Below the pieces are notes generated by a model. The model was not told the origin of the DNA. It worked only from the letters and a program-made list of their open reading frames with translations, and ran no database searches. Positions 45,286-54,663 of a stretch of 64,000 nucleotides of DNA are shown here, piece after piece; the stretch's first letter is position 1, and the number at the start of each line of letters is the position of its first letter. Source of the DNA: a phage. Location: the sequence record PZ452595.1; one strand, written 5' to 3'. The position numbers and the translations under genes were made by a program.

Positions 45286-45828
45286 TTAATTCAAAATAGC
45301 TACCACTGCACTACGAGGTACTACGCTAAAATCACCTGCATGAACAACGTTCAGAAGTTCAACACCATCTTCAATCCACTGGTCTGTTACCCAACCACAG
45401 ACCGAAATAAATGGGGTCTTGATAGCTACTGCACGAGTCAAAAGGTCAGTAGGATCAACTTCTTGGAAGAGGATAATCTCTGCTTCAAAGACTATAGTTT
45501 TAATTACTTCATCATTATCTAAGCGATGTGCTCGAATCACGTAAGCTTTATTCTTATCATACCAATTACTTTTTGAAAAACTTTTAACCACAAACTCACC
45601 TTCACCAAAAACACTGGTCAATGCTTTATAACCCAAATTTAGTTCAGTAGTTTTAATTTCAGTTTCAACCAGTTTGTAGGTTTTGCCAGTTTCGATGGTC
45701 CGAGCAGTCATAAATGTTTCCTTAATTTCTAATGGTTTAACAAGAGTGCCGTACATGCTTGCTATATCCATATCAAACGGTTTATCTACAGGATTCGGTG
45801 TGTATTCAGGATTATAATTAAATTTCAT
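45286..45828 (-). CDS. hypothetical protein with MotB-like C-terminal domain (motB.1 position)
   Basis: 180 aa; C-terminus GWVTDQWIEDGVELLNVVHAGDFSVVP aligns with MotB AYITDQWVEDGVKLYNAVFLGTYKVIP. Confidence 0.6.
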   Translation of the reverse strand: MKFNYNPEYTPNPVDKPFDMDIASMYGTLVKPLEIKETFMTARTIETGKTYKLVETEIKTTELNLGYKALTSVFGEGEFVVKSFSKSNWYDKNKAYVIRAHRLDNDEVIKTIVFEAEIILFQEVDPTDLLTRAVAIKTPFISVCGWVTDQWIEDGVELLNVVHAGDFSVVPRSAVVAILN

Positions 45829-45830
45829 AA

Positions 45831-46343
45831 TTATCTCATTTCAATAAAATCTACAAGTTCAGCATGGGATTTACGGAACATTACTTGATGCCCACCAATG
45901 ATAACTTGGTCATCTGGCACTTCATAAATCGCAATGTACATTCCACGATCTTTTAAGTCTTCACGCTCTTCTCGGGTGAACCATCTCATCATATCATATT
46001 CAGTAGCGAAAGCAAAATGATATAATGCAATAAACCACAATGGAATATAATTTTCAATTCGTGAATAATCTTTATTCCATTTAGTTTTAATAGCATCATT
46101 AGCATTTTCAACTAATAACTTATCATCGTGCGGAATAGGAATACTTTCATGACTTTCATAATTATCGCTATGATGATGAAATGACGATGAATTAATACCG
46201 CAAAATTTTAGCCAAGTTCGAGTTTTCATAGAATCAAATCCACGATAAGGAGTTGATTGAACGCATAACTCTTGCCTAATTTTCATTATACCACTATCAT
46301 CATTTAATGCGCTAAACGATGATTCAACACGATAAATTTTCAT
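45831..46343 (-). CDS. hypothetical protein
   Basis: ATG at 46343 preceded by GAGGA (170 aa); track start is TTG inside the promoter. Confidence 0.5.
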   Translation of the reverse strand: MKIYRVESSFSALNDDSGIMKIRQELCVQSTPYRGFDSMKTRTWLKFCGINSSSFHHHSDNYESHESIPIPHDDKLLVENANDAIKTKWNKDYSRIENYIPLWFIALYHFAFATEYDMMRWFTREEREDLKDRGMYIAIYEVPDDQVIIGGHQVMFRKSHAELVDFIEMR

Positions 46344-46370
46344 TTTATTATCCTCAGTAGCTATGGTGTT

Positions 46371-46399
46371 ATAATACCACAACTGACCGAGGAAGTAAA
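46371..46399 (-). promoter_or_regulatory. T4-type early promoter
   Basis: Minus sense GTTTACT, 17-nt spacer, TGG-TATTAT. Confidence 0.55.
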
Positions 46400-46406
46400 C
46401 AACTTT

Positions 46407-47090
46407 TTATCGTTTTGTTGGAAGAGACAGAGGATCGCATTCTTCCTCTGACGGAGCATCTTCAAGACCCATAGCGTATCGCAAAGCATACTTCATCATC
46501 AGGATGTCTTTCGCACAGTCATGAATAGAATCATGTGCAACGAATCCATCTAAGGTTCCCTTTGGAAGAGGACATGTGGTCATATCACGAACAAGCAGAA
46601 GTGCTTCAATTCTGGTACGAATATCACGCTGATTCCAGAATTTACACGGTTCTAACTTAAATGTGTCAAGCTCATTCTCAGAAACACCATTAAGACGTTG
46701 AATATCACGAATGAGATCGACTAAAATTGGAAAATCAAACGACATTCCGCGACACCAGCCTTGAGATTTCCAAGGATCGATATTATGTGCATTGATGTAA
46801 TCATTAAATTTTGTAATACCATCGATAGTGCTTACATCTTCATCTGATGGTGCAATATTTTTTCTAGCTTCAGGAGATTGATTTTTCCACCATTCGATAG
46901 TGCTTTTAGTAAAAAGACGATGTCCTTTTTGGCTTTTTAAATCAAATTTGATTTTAATGCCACGTGAAACTAATTCATCAAACGTTTCAACTACTTCTGG
47001 ATTAGGGTCAAAAGCAATTACAGCCAAATCAATAACAGCTGCTTTTTCACCGCTTCCCATTGTTTCAAAATCTATAATAAAATCAAACAT
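46407..47090 (-). CDS. dexA: exonuclease A (DEDDh 3'-5' exonuclease)
   Basis: 227 aa, MFDFIIDFETMG... with DEDD acidic motifs; same length as T4 DexA. Confidence 0.88.
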   Translation of the reverse strand: MFDFIIDFETMGSGEKAAVIDLAVIAFDPNPEVVETFDELVSRGIKIKFDLKSQKGHRLFTKSTIEWWKNQSPEARKNIAPSDEDVSTIDGITKFNDYINAHNIDPWKSQGWCRGMSFDFPILVDLIRDIQRLNGVSENELDTFKLEPCKFWNQRDIRTRIEALLLVRDMTTCPLPKGTLDGFVAHDSIHDCAKDILMMKYALRYAMGLEDAPSEEECDPLSLPTKR

Positions 47091-47347
47091 TAAATTTTCC
47101 TCGCTAAATCACGAATTTGATCTACAGTATAGTCTTGAATATAAACTTTATTGATAGGCTCATCAATAAATTTTGCCATAGATTCAATGTCTTTTTGTAT
47201 TTCTTCAAGACTGTATACTATCTTTAAAGCTTTTTCGCGAATAGTAATATTTTCAGGACCCTGATTTTCTTCAATGACAGCTTTAACATTTGTCATAAGA
47301 GATTTAAATTGGTACCAACTTAATTCAATCATTAATAATCGCCTCAT
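47090..47347 (-). CDS. hypothetical protein (dexA.1 position)
   Basis: 85 aa, ATG start overlapping the dexA stop region. Confidence 0.5.
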   Translation of the reverse strand: MRRLLMIELSWYQFKSLMTNVKAVIEENQGPENITIREKALKIVYSLEEIQKDIESMAKFIDEPINKVYIQDYTVDQIRDLARKI

Positions 47348-47585
47348 AAAGATAGCTAATTTCGCCTAAAACATAATCATTAATTGTAACAGTTTTCACT
47401 TCACCACAAAAGAATTCTAACGCAATTAAATCTCGTTCAATTTCTTCTAATTGAAGCATCAACTTACTAGATTCAATTTTTACAGTTTCACGATTTTTAC
47501 CATGAGCAATTTCATAAATTTCGCTAACTTTATCCTGAAGAAGATAAAACTGATCTTTAGTTATTTCCACGAATAGCTTCCTCAA
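47325..47585 (-). CDS. hypothetical protein, paralog of the preceding ORF; start uncertain
   Basis: Track start is TTG; a GTG at 47570 preceded by GAGGAAG is the more likely start; shares MR-L…QF…LEEI…DY pattern with 47090..47347. Confidence 0.4.
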   Translation of the reverse strand: MRKLFVEITKDQFYLLQDKVSEIYEIAHGKNRETVKIESSKLMLQLEEIERDLIALEFFCGEVKTVTINDYVLGEISYLYEAIIND

Positions 47586-47817
47586 ATTTAATTAGTAATT
47601 TACAGACACTTTCATCTAGTGTAATTACCGTATCTGTATTACTGTGATATGATTGTTTTTCAATTCGTTTAATTGCTAATATAGTATCACTTATAAGATA
47701 AAGCTTATGAAGGAGCTCAGCTCCTGTTACCATAACATTAAGATTATCTTGCTTATTAGTATGCTTCCTTATACCATCTATTAGACGATTTAAATATTTT
47801 GAATTGATGTTAATCAT
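47557..47817 (-). CDS. hypothetical protein
   Basis: 86 aa, ATG start; same size class as the two preceding ORFs. Confidence 0.5.
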   Translation of the reverse strand: MININSKYLNRLIDGIRKHTNKQDNLNVMVTGAELLHKLYLISDTILAIKRIEKQSYHSNTDTVITLDESVCKLLIKFEEAIRGNN

Positions 47818-47823
47818 ATATCC

Positions 47824-49143
47824 TCACACATAAAACACATCATAACGACCACGAGTGACACCTACATAAAGAAGTTGCTGAGCTAATTCAGCATCTGCAT
47901 AATGAATACAAGGCGTATAGATGAAAGCACGGTCTACAGACATACCCTGTGCTTTATGGAATGTTGATGCAGGAAGTGCTTTCACTTTACTAAACTGTGA
48001 TTTAGCATCCCAAAAATCACTCCATGGAGCTTTTCCGCCTTTGTTCCAATTTTTATAAGTTTCTGCTGTTTTACCTAAAAATAGGTTAAACTTATACAAT
48101 TCTTCATCAGATGAAATTATTTTAATCTTTTCACGATAATATTCATCATCGCCGTAAGTTTCTACTGTTAAATCCCAATGACGAATTAAGTATTCTCCTG
48201 GAACACCACGAGCTTTAACAAACGTTGATGTATACTCTGCTTCTATAATACGAACTAACTGTCCGTTATTAAAAATAATTTCTGACACAGGCTTTCCATC
48301 AATTTTATATGTTTTAATTAATGGTTCCTGCATTACAATAATTTCACCGACAATAAAATCTTTATCGGTTTCAAAAATCTTTTTACGAATAATGCTATTT
48401 AACTTGTCAACAGATTTATTCGTAAATGCCATTACGCGATTTTCAAACAAATCATCTAGTGATTTTACGATTGAAAAATAATTTACCATAAAATCACGTA
48501 AAGCAGTATCACCAGTAAATCCACGTACTCCATGCCCGTCAACAACTTTGTCATAAATCCACTTACCGTTGCGAACGTCAGTAGCTACATCAATAATAGG
48601 AGCATTACTGCGTTTAACTTCAGTAAGTTCACACTGATAAAAATCTTTATGTGTAAAGAATGGACTGATATAAGCACTGTTTTCTCCTGGGTCAACAGGT
48701 CTAATTTGCTTATTATCGCCTATTCCAATTATAGTACACCAAGGTGGAATAGTTGAAAGCAGAATTTTAAACAGCTTTCTATCATACATTGACACTTCGT
48801 CACAGATTAATACTCTGCATTTAGCTAAATCTGGTACTTCCTTCTGCTCAAAGAGGACATTTTCTTCATATGTTACCGGGTTAATTTTAAGAATACTATG
48901 AATAGTACTTGCTTCTTTCCCTGATAGTTTTGAAAGAATCTTTTTAGCTGCATGAGTAGGAGCTGCTAAAATAATACCAGTTTCACCCGTAGATATTAAA
49001 GCTTCAATGATGAATTTGGTAAGAGTAGTCTTACCGGTGCCAGCAGGTCCATTAATAGTTACATGATGTTTCTTTTCTTTAATAGCCTTCATAACAATGT
49101 TAAAGGCATTTTTCTGGCCTTCGGTCAAATCATCAAATGTCAT
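47824..49143 (-). CDS. dda: Dda DNA helicase (SF1B)
   Basis: 439 aa; Walker A GPAGTGKTT, DE box LICDEVSM; same length as T4 Dda. Confidence 0.95.
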   Translation of the reverse strand: MTFDDLTEGQKNAFNIVMKAIKEKKHHVTINGPAGTGKTTLTKFIIEALISTGETGIILAAPTHAAKKILSKLSGKEASTIHSILKINPVTYEENVLFEQKEVPDLAKCRVLICDEVSMYDRKLFKILLSTIPPWCTIIGIGDNKQIRPVDPGENSAYISPFFTHKDFYQCELTEVKRSNAPIIDVATDVRNGKWIYDKVVDGHGVRGFTGDTALRDFMVNYFSIVKSLDDLFENRVMAFTNKSVDKLNSIIRKKIFETDKDFIVGEIIVMQEPLIKTYKIDGKPVSEIIFNNGQLVRIIEAEYTSTFVKARGVPGEYLIRHWDLTVETYGDDEYYREKIKIISSDEELYKFNLFLGKTAETYKNWNKGGKAPWSDFWDAKSQFSKVKALPASTFHKAQGMSVDRAFIYTPCIHYADAELAQQLLYVGVTRGRYDVFYV

Positions 49144-49451
49144 CGTAAATTCCCTGCAATTGGTATACTAACAATACGCCCAGTATCTAAAATTCGCTGA
49201 TATAATCTTTGTGTGTCTACGTCAGGCTTAACATGTTTAACTTCTATTTTATTAAACCAAAACTTACGTGGAGTCTCAACTAATCTTGGAATTCCCTTAC
49301 CTAAAGCTAGTCGATACTGTTCTTTAAGAGTAGTAAATACTTTATCAGCAATCTTCCATTCAAAAAATACAGCAGGACGATGTTCATCAAGCGGAACTGG
49401 CGCCGTAAATCCGTCTTTGTCTCGGTAAACTATCGCATATACATAAACCAT
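49140..49451 (-). CDS. hypothetical protein (dda.1 position)
   Basis: 103 aa, ATG start, stop overlaps dda start. Confidence 0.55.
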   Translation of the reverse strand: MVYVYAIVYRDKDGFTAPVPLDEHRPAVFFEWKIADKVFTTLKEQYRLALGKGIPRLVETPRKFWFNKIEVKHVKPDVDTQRLYQRILDTGRIVSIPIAGNLR

Positions 49452-49452
49452 A

Positions 49453-50199
49453 TTATCCTCGGATAAGTTTAAAAATTGAACAATTTAGCGGATATCCTCT
49501 TTTCAGTTTAAGTTTATCAATAAAAGACAAATTTTGATACCGCTCTACACCTTGAATAATTTTATCACACATATCATATTGCATTTCTGCTTCTGACAAC
49601 TTTTTCACAATTTTCCAATCCGAGCCTTTAAGAAGAACGTTCAATTTAACAACTTCAGCGCCTTCTGCTATGCGAGAACCATCAATACGAGCTTTAAGTG
49701 CTATAATTCTTAGCTTAATGTCAGAGGTCTGTTTTGATTTAGAAAGCTGAGAAATGTGTTCAATTCGGTTTTCACGTTTTTTCTGTATAGCTTTAATTTG
49801 ATTATAAGTCTTTTTGATTTTAGCCCATTTCTTTTCATCTAAATTTAGTTTATGAACTTTTTTCGCAGATGAACGACCAATTCGCAAAGCAAATAAATCA
49901 CGCTTTTCAATTAACTCTTCTAAAGTATAATCAGAACGAAATGTATTATACTTTTTCTTTACTGCAATAACATTCCCTTTAATGTATCCAACGTTATTAT
50001 CAAAACGTTCTAATGATAATTTCTCTCCTTCAATACGATTATCAAAAGGTTCTCCCGAGTAAGCGCAAACTTTTTGATCTAAAATGTTCTTAATGTAATT
50101 GAAGTCTAAGTTAAAATCTTTAGAACGTCTTTTTGCAGATGCCTGAGTATGCTCTAAACGACGTTTAATTTTACGAATTTGGTTATTAGACAGCTTCAT
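49453..50199 (-). CDS. srd: Srd, sigma-factor-like regulator
   Basis: 248 aa, ATG start; basic protein; position between dda.1 and modA. Confidence 0.65.
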   Translation of the reverse strand: MKLSNNQIRKIKRRLEHTQASAKRRSKDFNLDFNYIKNILDQKVCAYSGEPFDNRIEGEKLSLERFDNNVGYIKGNVIAVKKKYNTFRSDYTLEELIEKRDLFALRIGRSSAKKVHKLNLDEKKWAKIKKTYNQIKAIQKKRENRIEHISQLSKSKQTSDIKLRIIALKARIDGSRIAEGAEVVKLNVLLKGSDWKIVKKLSEAEMQYDMCDKIIQGVERYQNLSFIDKLKLKRGYPLNCSIFKLIRG

Positions 50200-50235
50200 A
50201 TTTTTCTCACATCTTACGGACGGTTAACTACTTAT

Positions 50236-50264
50236 ACTATAACATTTTTACTTTAACTTGTAAA
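50236..50264 (-). promoter_or_regulatory. T4-type early promoter upstream of srd
   Basis: Minus sense GTTTACA, 17-nt spacer, TGt-TATAGT. Confidence 0.55.
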
Positions 50265-50322
50265 CAACTTTATGTAAAAATGCTTTAAAACTTTCATGGT
50301 ATAATGAATCTAAGTCCTTCCA

Positions 50323-50925
50323 TTATAGATTAAATCCTTCAAATTCAAGAGTATAGATAGTGTATGTTGAATACTTTTTGTACTCATATCTATCTGCAAT
50401 TCTAAATACACTTCCAGCTGGTATCATTACTTCTTGTTCATCTGAAACTAATTCCATATTACGATAACGATGGCTATCCGGAAACTTAAAGTTTGGATTG
50501 TATTCTTTACAGCGTAGAGCTTTTATAGCATACTCCTGGAAATTGAATACCATAGGAGCTTTGAATTCAAAAATAACTTGTGTGTTATACTCTAAACCAG
50601 AAGCAAAATGTAGAGCTATATTTTTATCATATGAAGCTGATACTACTTTATCAAATGTAATAATATCAATTCCTTGATTTAACACCTGCTTAGTCTCAGC
50701 TGGAACACCTCTCCAAAGAGGTTTATCGTTTGGAACCAAACGAGATTTGATTATTTCATTTAACCAAGAATGATCGTCTGGTTTATTAGTAATACAATGA
50801 ATTAAAAGTTCAATTTCAGATAAATTAAACCCTTCAGAAAGTAATTCTTCACGAATAGAAGCACGCACCGATGCATCCATTGATTTTATTTTAAAATCTT
50901 TTAGTTGCATTACTGAGTATTTCAT
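50323..50925 (-). CDS. modA: ADP-ribosyltransferase ModA
   Basis: 200 aa, ATG start; paralogous to the adjacent 207-aa ORF; same lengths and order as T4 modA/modB. Confidence 0.8.
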   Translation of the reverse strand: MKYSVMQLKDFKIKSMDASVRASIREELLSEGFNLSEIELLIHCITNKPDDHSWLNEIIKSRLVPNDKPLWRGVPAETKQVLNQGIDIITFDKVVSASYDKNIALHFASGLEYNTQVIFEFKAPMVFNFQEYAIKALRCKEYNPNFKFPDSHRYRNMELVSDEQEVMIPAGSVFRIADRYEYKKYSTYTIYTLEFEGFNL

Positions 50926-51545
50926 TCAACTACCTCAATATCATAAACTTTAAATGTTCCAAATGAATCGTGTAATTTTTCTTTTGAAATAGAAGTTATT
51001 CTATACTTTCCAATTGGAATCATCCATTCTTGTTCACGCACAATCATCATTAAGTTATCAGTACGCTCTGAATCTAGCCCATCAGTATCTTCATACGTGT
51101 ACTTAAACTCAGTATTAGGAGAAGAAAGTATAATATCGCTGATATGGTCAGAATAATTAAAAGCTTTATTAGTTTTTAAGCGAAGTATTATTTTAGTAAA
51201 ATATTCAGCGTAAGAAAAAGAACATGCTGTGAGCAAACTAGTAGTAAATGAATCTACTCTATTCGTTGAAAACACTTCTCCAACTTGTAAATCTTTAATA
51301 AGTTCTTCTGTTGATTTTGATATACCACGATATAACTGATAAGGTGATTTAGTTAAATGCTTTTTAATGATTTTATTCAACTGCCGATGAAGAGCTTCAT
51401 TCTTTTTGGCTTCCATACGTTGCCAAAGAACTGACTGCTCAAAGTCAGTAAATTTTTCACAGACCTTTTTATACATATCATATTGAAAATCGACGCTTTC
51501 AGCTTTTATAGATAACTGTTCAACATCTGCAAGATTAATAATCAT
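50922..51545 (-). CDS. modB: ADP-ribosyltransferase ModB
   Basis: 207 aa, ATG start; stop overlaps modA start. Confidence 0.8.
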   Translation of the reverse strand: MIINLADVEQLSIKAESVDFQYDMYKKVCEKFTDFEQSVLWQRMEAKKNEALHRQLNKIIKKHLTKSPYQLYRGISKSTEELIKDLQVGEVFSTNRVDSFTTSLLTACSFSYAEYFTKIILRLKTNKAFNYSDHISDIILSSPNTEFKYTYEDTDGLDSERTDNLMMIVREQEWMIPIGKYRITSISKEKLHDSFGTFKVYDIEVVE

Positions 51546-51571
51546 GATAGCCTCCGTATACTTCAGAAGCT

Positions 51572-51600
51572 ATCATATCATCGTTAGAAAGGAAAGTAAA
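51572..51600 (-). promoter_or_regulatory. T4-type early promoter upstream of modB
   Basis: Minus sense GTTTACT, 17-nt spacer, TGa-TATGAT. Confidence 0.55.
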
Positions 51601-51612
51601 CAACTTTTTGAA

Positions 51613-51795
51613 TTATTTTGCCCAGGGAGCCCAGGGCGGAGGGTCAAGATGGTATGAAGCTAGTTCTTCTAGAAGAGCATCTGGGGCTTCAATTCCATAA
51701 TTCTGTAATACTATACGGTACTCTTTCTTATAATCACTGGAATCATTCTGGTTATTCGTAGAATGATTATCTTCTAACATCTCAAATAAATCCAT
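51613..51795 (-). CDS. hypothetical acidic protein
   Basis: 60 aa, ATG start. Confidence 0.45.
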   Translation of the reverse strand: MDLFEMLEDNHSTNNQNDSSDYKKEYRIVLQNYGIEAPDALLEELASYHLDPPPWAPWAK

Positions 51796-51803
51796 ATTAA
51801 TTC

Positions 51804-52274
51804 CTAGCGATAAAAACCAAATTGACGATTAGCTTCAATAATCTTTCTTTCTTCTTCGGACATTCTCCAGCGTAGTCCAACGTCAAAATGAGCCCAGACC
51901 ATCTTAACAAATGCATTTATATCTTTAATATCTTCAATAATGAATGTTTTACTTTTAAAAGGCTGACTCGCTAATTTAACTTTATCATCTTCAAACAGGT
52001 CAAAAAGACCATATTCATGAGCTCTTTTATAGCCTTTAATAGTTAAAGCTTCAGAAGAAGAAAACGGTGAATCAGTATTCTGCAAAATATCTTCAGTATG
52101 CTTTATAATTAGAATAATATTTTCTGGATATTTTCTTTCTTTTATATCTTTAATTAAAAAATCCGGATTTTCTGCTAAAGGAATAATTAATGAGCATTTT
52201 TTATCAAGTGTATTTACTGATTTACCTTCTTTAGACATAAATTCTATTGAATAATGTTTTGCTACTTCAATCAT
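51804..52274 (-). CDS. hypothetical protein
   Basis: 156 aa, ATG start. Confidence 0.55.
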   Translation of the reverse strand: MIEVAKHYSIEFMSKEGKSVNTLDKKCSLIIPLAENPDFLIKDIKERKYPENIILIIKHTEDILQNTDSPFSSSEALTIKGYKRAHEYGLFDLFEDDKVKLASQPFKSKTFIIEDIKDINAFVKMVWAHFDVGLRWRMSEEERKIIEANRQFGFYR

Positions 52275-52427
52275 GGGATTTCCTTTTGCCTACTAATGGA
52301 CCATCGGGAATTTTGTTTTCCTGGATATATTTCTCATTTTCTTCCATCATTTTACTACCAATTTTAAGAAGCAAATCCAGTGCTTCATTTGCTTTAGCTT
52401 TAGCCTCTTCCAGCGTCATATCTTTGT

Positions 52428-52631
52428 TCACGATTTATCCCCATAGATGTCTCTCATCAATTTAAGCGCTGAGCGTTCTAATTTCTTTTCTTTCTCAGCA
52501 CTAATCATTGATTTCATCCATTCTTCTGATTCGTTCTGCATTTCTTTATTTGCTTGTTCAACCCAACCATCATCAATGTACATTGAGTTTGGTCTATTGA
52601 ACCATTCAAGAATCTTCTTGAGAGCTTTCAT
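52428..52631 (-). CDS. hypothetical protein
   Basis: 67 aa, ATG start. Confidence 0.45.
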   Translation of the reverse strand: MKALKKILEWFNRPNSMYIDDGWVEQANKEMQNESEEWMKSMISAEKEKKLERSALKLMRDIYGDKS

Positions 52632-53091
52632 TTATTTTACCTAAAACAATAGTAGGAGCATCGTCAAATTTATGAATTTTGAGTAAATTTGGATTTAAAT
52701 TATTCCATAAAGAGGTAATAAAATATGATAGCGCATTTTCTTCTGTAATTATAAATTTATTTCCCTTATCTATTTTCCAGTCATATATTGAATCATATGA
52801 ATAGAAGGACAATGGTTTATTATTATAATATGCTTCACTAACATCAATATAGTTAGATTTAGTAAATGCTTGAATTGCCATAAATGGAGAATTTTGTACA
52901 GTTTCAATAATTCCGATCTTTTTAAGTTTTATTTCAACATCTTCTGGAATTGGCATTGAAATAAAATCTTCTACTAGATACATATTATTGTCATATCTTT
53001 TATCAATCATTACTGCTACGGTAATTGGAACATCCTTGACAAACGCCATACTAATACTATTGATAGACATTTCAAACAAAATTGCTTCCAT
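52606..53091 (-). CDS. hypothetical protein (mrh/srh region)
   Basis: ATG at 53091 preceded by GAGGA (161 aa); track start is TTG. Confidence 0.5.
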   Translation of the reverse strand: MEAILFEMSINSISMAFVKDVPITVAVMIDKRYDNNMYLVEDFISMPIPEDVEIKLKKIGIIETVQNSPFMAIQAFTKSNYIDVSEAYYNNKPLSFYSYDSIYDWKIDKGNKFIITEENALSYFITSLWNNLNPNLLKIHKFDDAPTIVLGKINESSQEDS

Positions 53092-53099
53092 AATTTTCC

Positions 53100-53441
53100 T
53101 CAATCGCAAGATGTAGATGAACAACTAGAATCACAAGAACTTCCACATGAATCGCCCGTCCATACATGAACAGGAACATTAGTATCATATGAATCAGAAC
53201 TAGACTGTGTTTTCTGTGTGTTAGATGATGTAGTAGGTACTGACCAGCGCCAAGGATTTTTATAATATTCTTGGGCTTCTTCATAAGTCATAGTAACTGC
53301 TTCTACTGTTCCATCTCCCATATAAACATATTCAACTACAGTTAAAGGAAGGTAGTCATTTGAAATAGGAACTACACCTTCCCCAGGAGTCGTAGAGAAA
53401 AAATCCGTAAAGAAACTTTTAAACCAGTTAAAGATAAACAT
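53100..53441 (-). CDS. hypothetical protein with Cys/Ser-rich C-terminal tail
   Basis: 113 aa; C-terminus [18 protein letters not shown] (C-x3-C-x3-C-x4-C). Confidence 0.5.
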   Translation of the reverse strand: MFIFNWFKSFFTDFFSTTPGEGVVPISNDYLPLTVVEYVYMGDGTVEAVTMTYEEAQEYYKNPWRWSVPTTSSNTQKTQSSSDSYDTNVPVHVWTGDSCGSSCDSSCSSTSCD

Positions 53442-53647
53442 TACAAAAAGCCTCTCTTGAATTCGACTTGCTTTTCGCCATAATCATATCGAATCTCTGC
53501 ATTAAATTCGACAGAACCATCTGCGTACATCATAAATGAATGCACAACAACTTCTGTAGACCATGGTTGTAGTTCATATTTCTTCATTACATGCCGTGAA
53601 ATGATAATATCTAAATCTTCATTTGGTTTAATCCAGCGATTTAACAT
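53441..53647 (-). CDS. hypothetical protein
   Basis: 68 aa, ATG start. Confidence 0.45.
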   Translation of the reverse strand: MLNRWIKPNEDLDIIISRHVMKKYELQPWSTEVVVHSFMMYADGSVEFNAEIRYDYGEKQVEFKRGFL

Positions 53648-53712
53648 AGTACTCTCCTCTATAAGATAATTCTATTATACCATACTCATTTTGGAAAGTA
53701 AACCGTTTAAAT

Positions 53713-53739
53713 GAAAAAAAGGACTCCCGAAGGAGTCCT
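53713..53739 (-). terminator. rho-independent terminator after soc
   Basis: AGGACUCC-UUCG-GGAGUCCU followed by UUUUUUU in minus sense; identical to the element at 361..383. Confidence 0.65.
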
Positions 53740-53744
53740 TGAAT

Positions 53745-53990
53745 TTATTCACCAGTTACTTTCCACAAATCTTCATTTGCAGCAATCCATTCAGTACGTT
53801 GATTTTCTTCATATACTGTAGAATATGCTGCTTTTTCTGAAGGGAATGTCTGGTAATGAGCACCAGAAATTTTGTGAACGTCAGAGTAAAGAGGGAAAGC
53901 TACGGAAATTTCCTTTCCTTCAATTTTCTTATTTCCATCTAATTTCTGCTCAAATGTTTTAATATTAACATAACCGCGAGTACTAGCCAT
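53745..53990 (-). CDS. soc: small outer capsid protein Soc
   Basis: 81 aa, MASTRGYVNIKTFEQKLDGNKKIEG...; late promoter TATAAATA upstream. Confidence 0.9.
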   Translation of the reverse strand: MASTRGYVNIKTFEQKLDGNKKIEGKEISVAFPLYSDVHKISGAHYQTFPSEKAAYSTVYEENQRTEWIAANEDLWKVTGE

Positions 53991-54020
53991 GTAATTCTCC
54001 TTTTATTTAAATTACATGAT

Positions 54021-54028
54021 TATTTATA
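54021..54028 (-). promoter_or_regulatory. late promoter for soc
   Basis: Minus sense TATAAATA about 30 nt upstream of the soc ATG. Confidence 0.55.
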
Positions 54029-54073
54029 ATAAATTCTCGCGGCTTTTAAGTCGTCGTTTAAATAAACGAGCTA

Positions 54074-54592
54074 TTAATAGCCTCGATCTTGACGTGCGAA
54101 ATTTTCGGCATTTTTCAGATAATAAAGTTTAAAGATTTCCTCAGCTGACATTCCAAGAGCAATAAATTTATTCATAAAAAAGTGAAATTGGTCAATCAGT
54201 TCAAATTTAATTTCAAGCTGATCTTCAGGAGATAAGTCTTGAATTTTCTTGGATTGCATTTCAGAATAACGTTTCTTCCAAGGTTTCCATACGGCAGAAG
54301 CTTCTTTTTCACCATTACTCATACCACCAAGAGAAGTATATAGCTCGCGAGTTTCATCTGCGATATAATCGTCTTGGTTTCGCAGCCAAGCAAGAACTTC
54401 TCCTGCGGTTTCAAGTGAATCAGGATGACGATTTGTTTCTGGCTTATCATTAGCCAAACGAATCTGTAAAGACCGCTGCATATCAAGCATAACCTGCAAT
54501 GGGTCTTTTTCATCACCGAGAATATCCCAGTATTCATTTTGAGCTTTATCAACACCTTCGATCAAATGAGCGCATTCATTAAAGTGAGCCAT
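54074..54592 (-). CDS. 56: dCTP pyrophosphatase gp56
   Basis: ATG at 54592 gives MAHFNECAHLIEGVDKAQNEYWDILGDE... (172 aa, MazG-like); the track frame has a hydrophobic N-terminal extension. Confidence 0.88.
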   Translation of the reverse strand: MAHFNECAHLIEGVDKAQNEYWDILGDEKDPLQVMLDMQRSLQIRLANDKPETNRHPDSLETAGEVLAWLRNQDDYIADETRELYTSLGGMSNGEKEASAVWKPWKKRYSEMQSKKIQDLSPEDQLEIKFELIDQFHFFMNKFIALGMSAEEIFKLYYLKNAENFARQDRGY

Positions 54593-54626
54593 TATTTTTC
54601 CTTTCAATTCATGGGTTAGTAGATTA

Positions 54627-54650
54627 ATTATACAATAAATATATAAAGCA
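54627..54650 (-). promoter_or_regulatory. MotA-dependent middle promoter for gene 56
   Basis: Minus sense tTGCTTtA (MotA box), 11-nt spacer, TATAAT. Confidence 0.55.
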
Positions 54651-54663
54651 ATAAGGAGGACAT

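Noticed and set aside
53072-53284. 70-aa ORF overlapping 53100..53441 in another frame
   Set aside because: Same-strand overlapping frame with non-ATG start; the 113-aa frame has the better start context.
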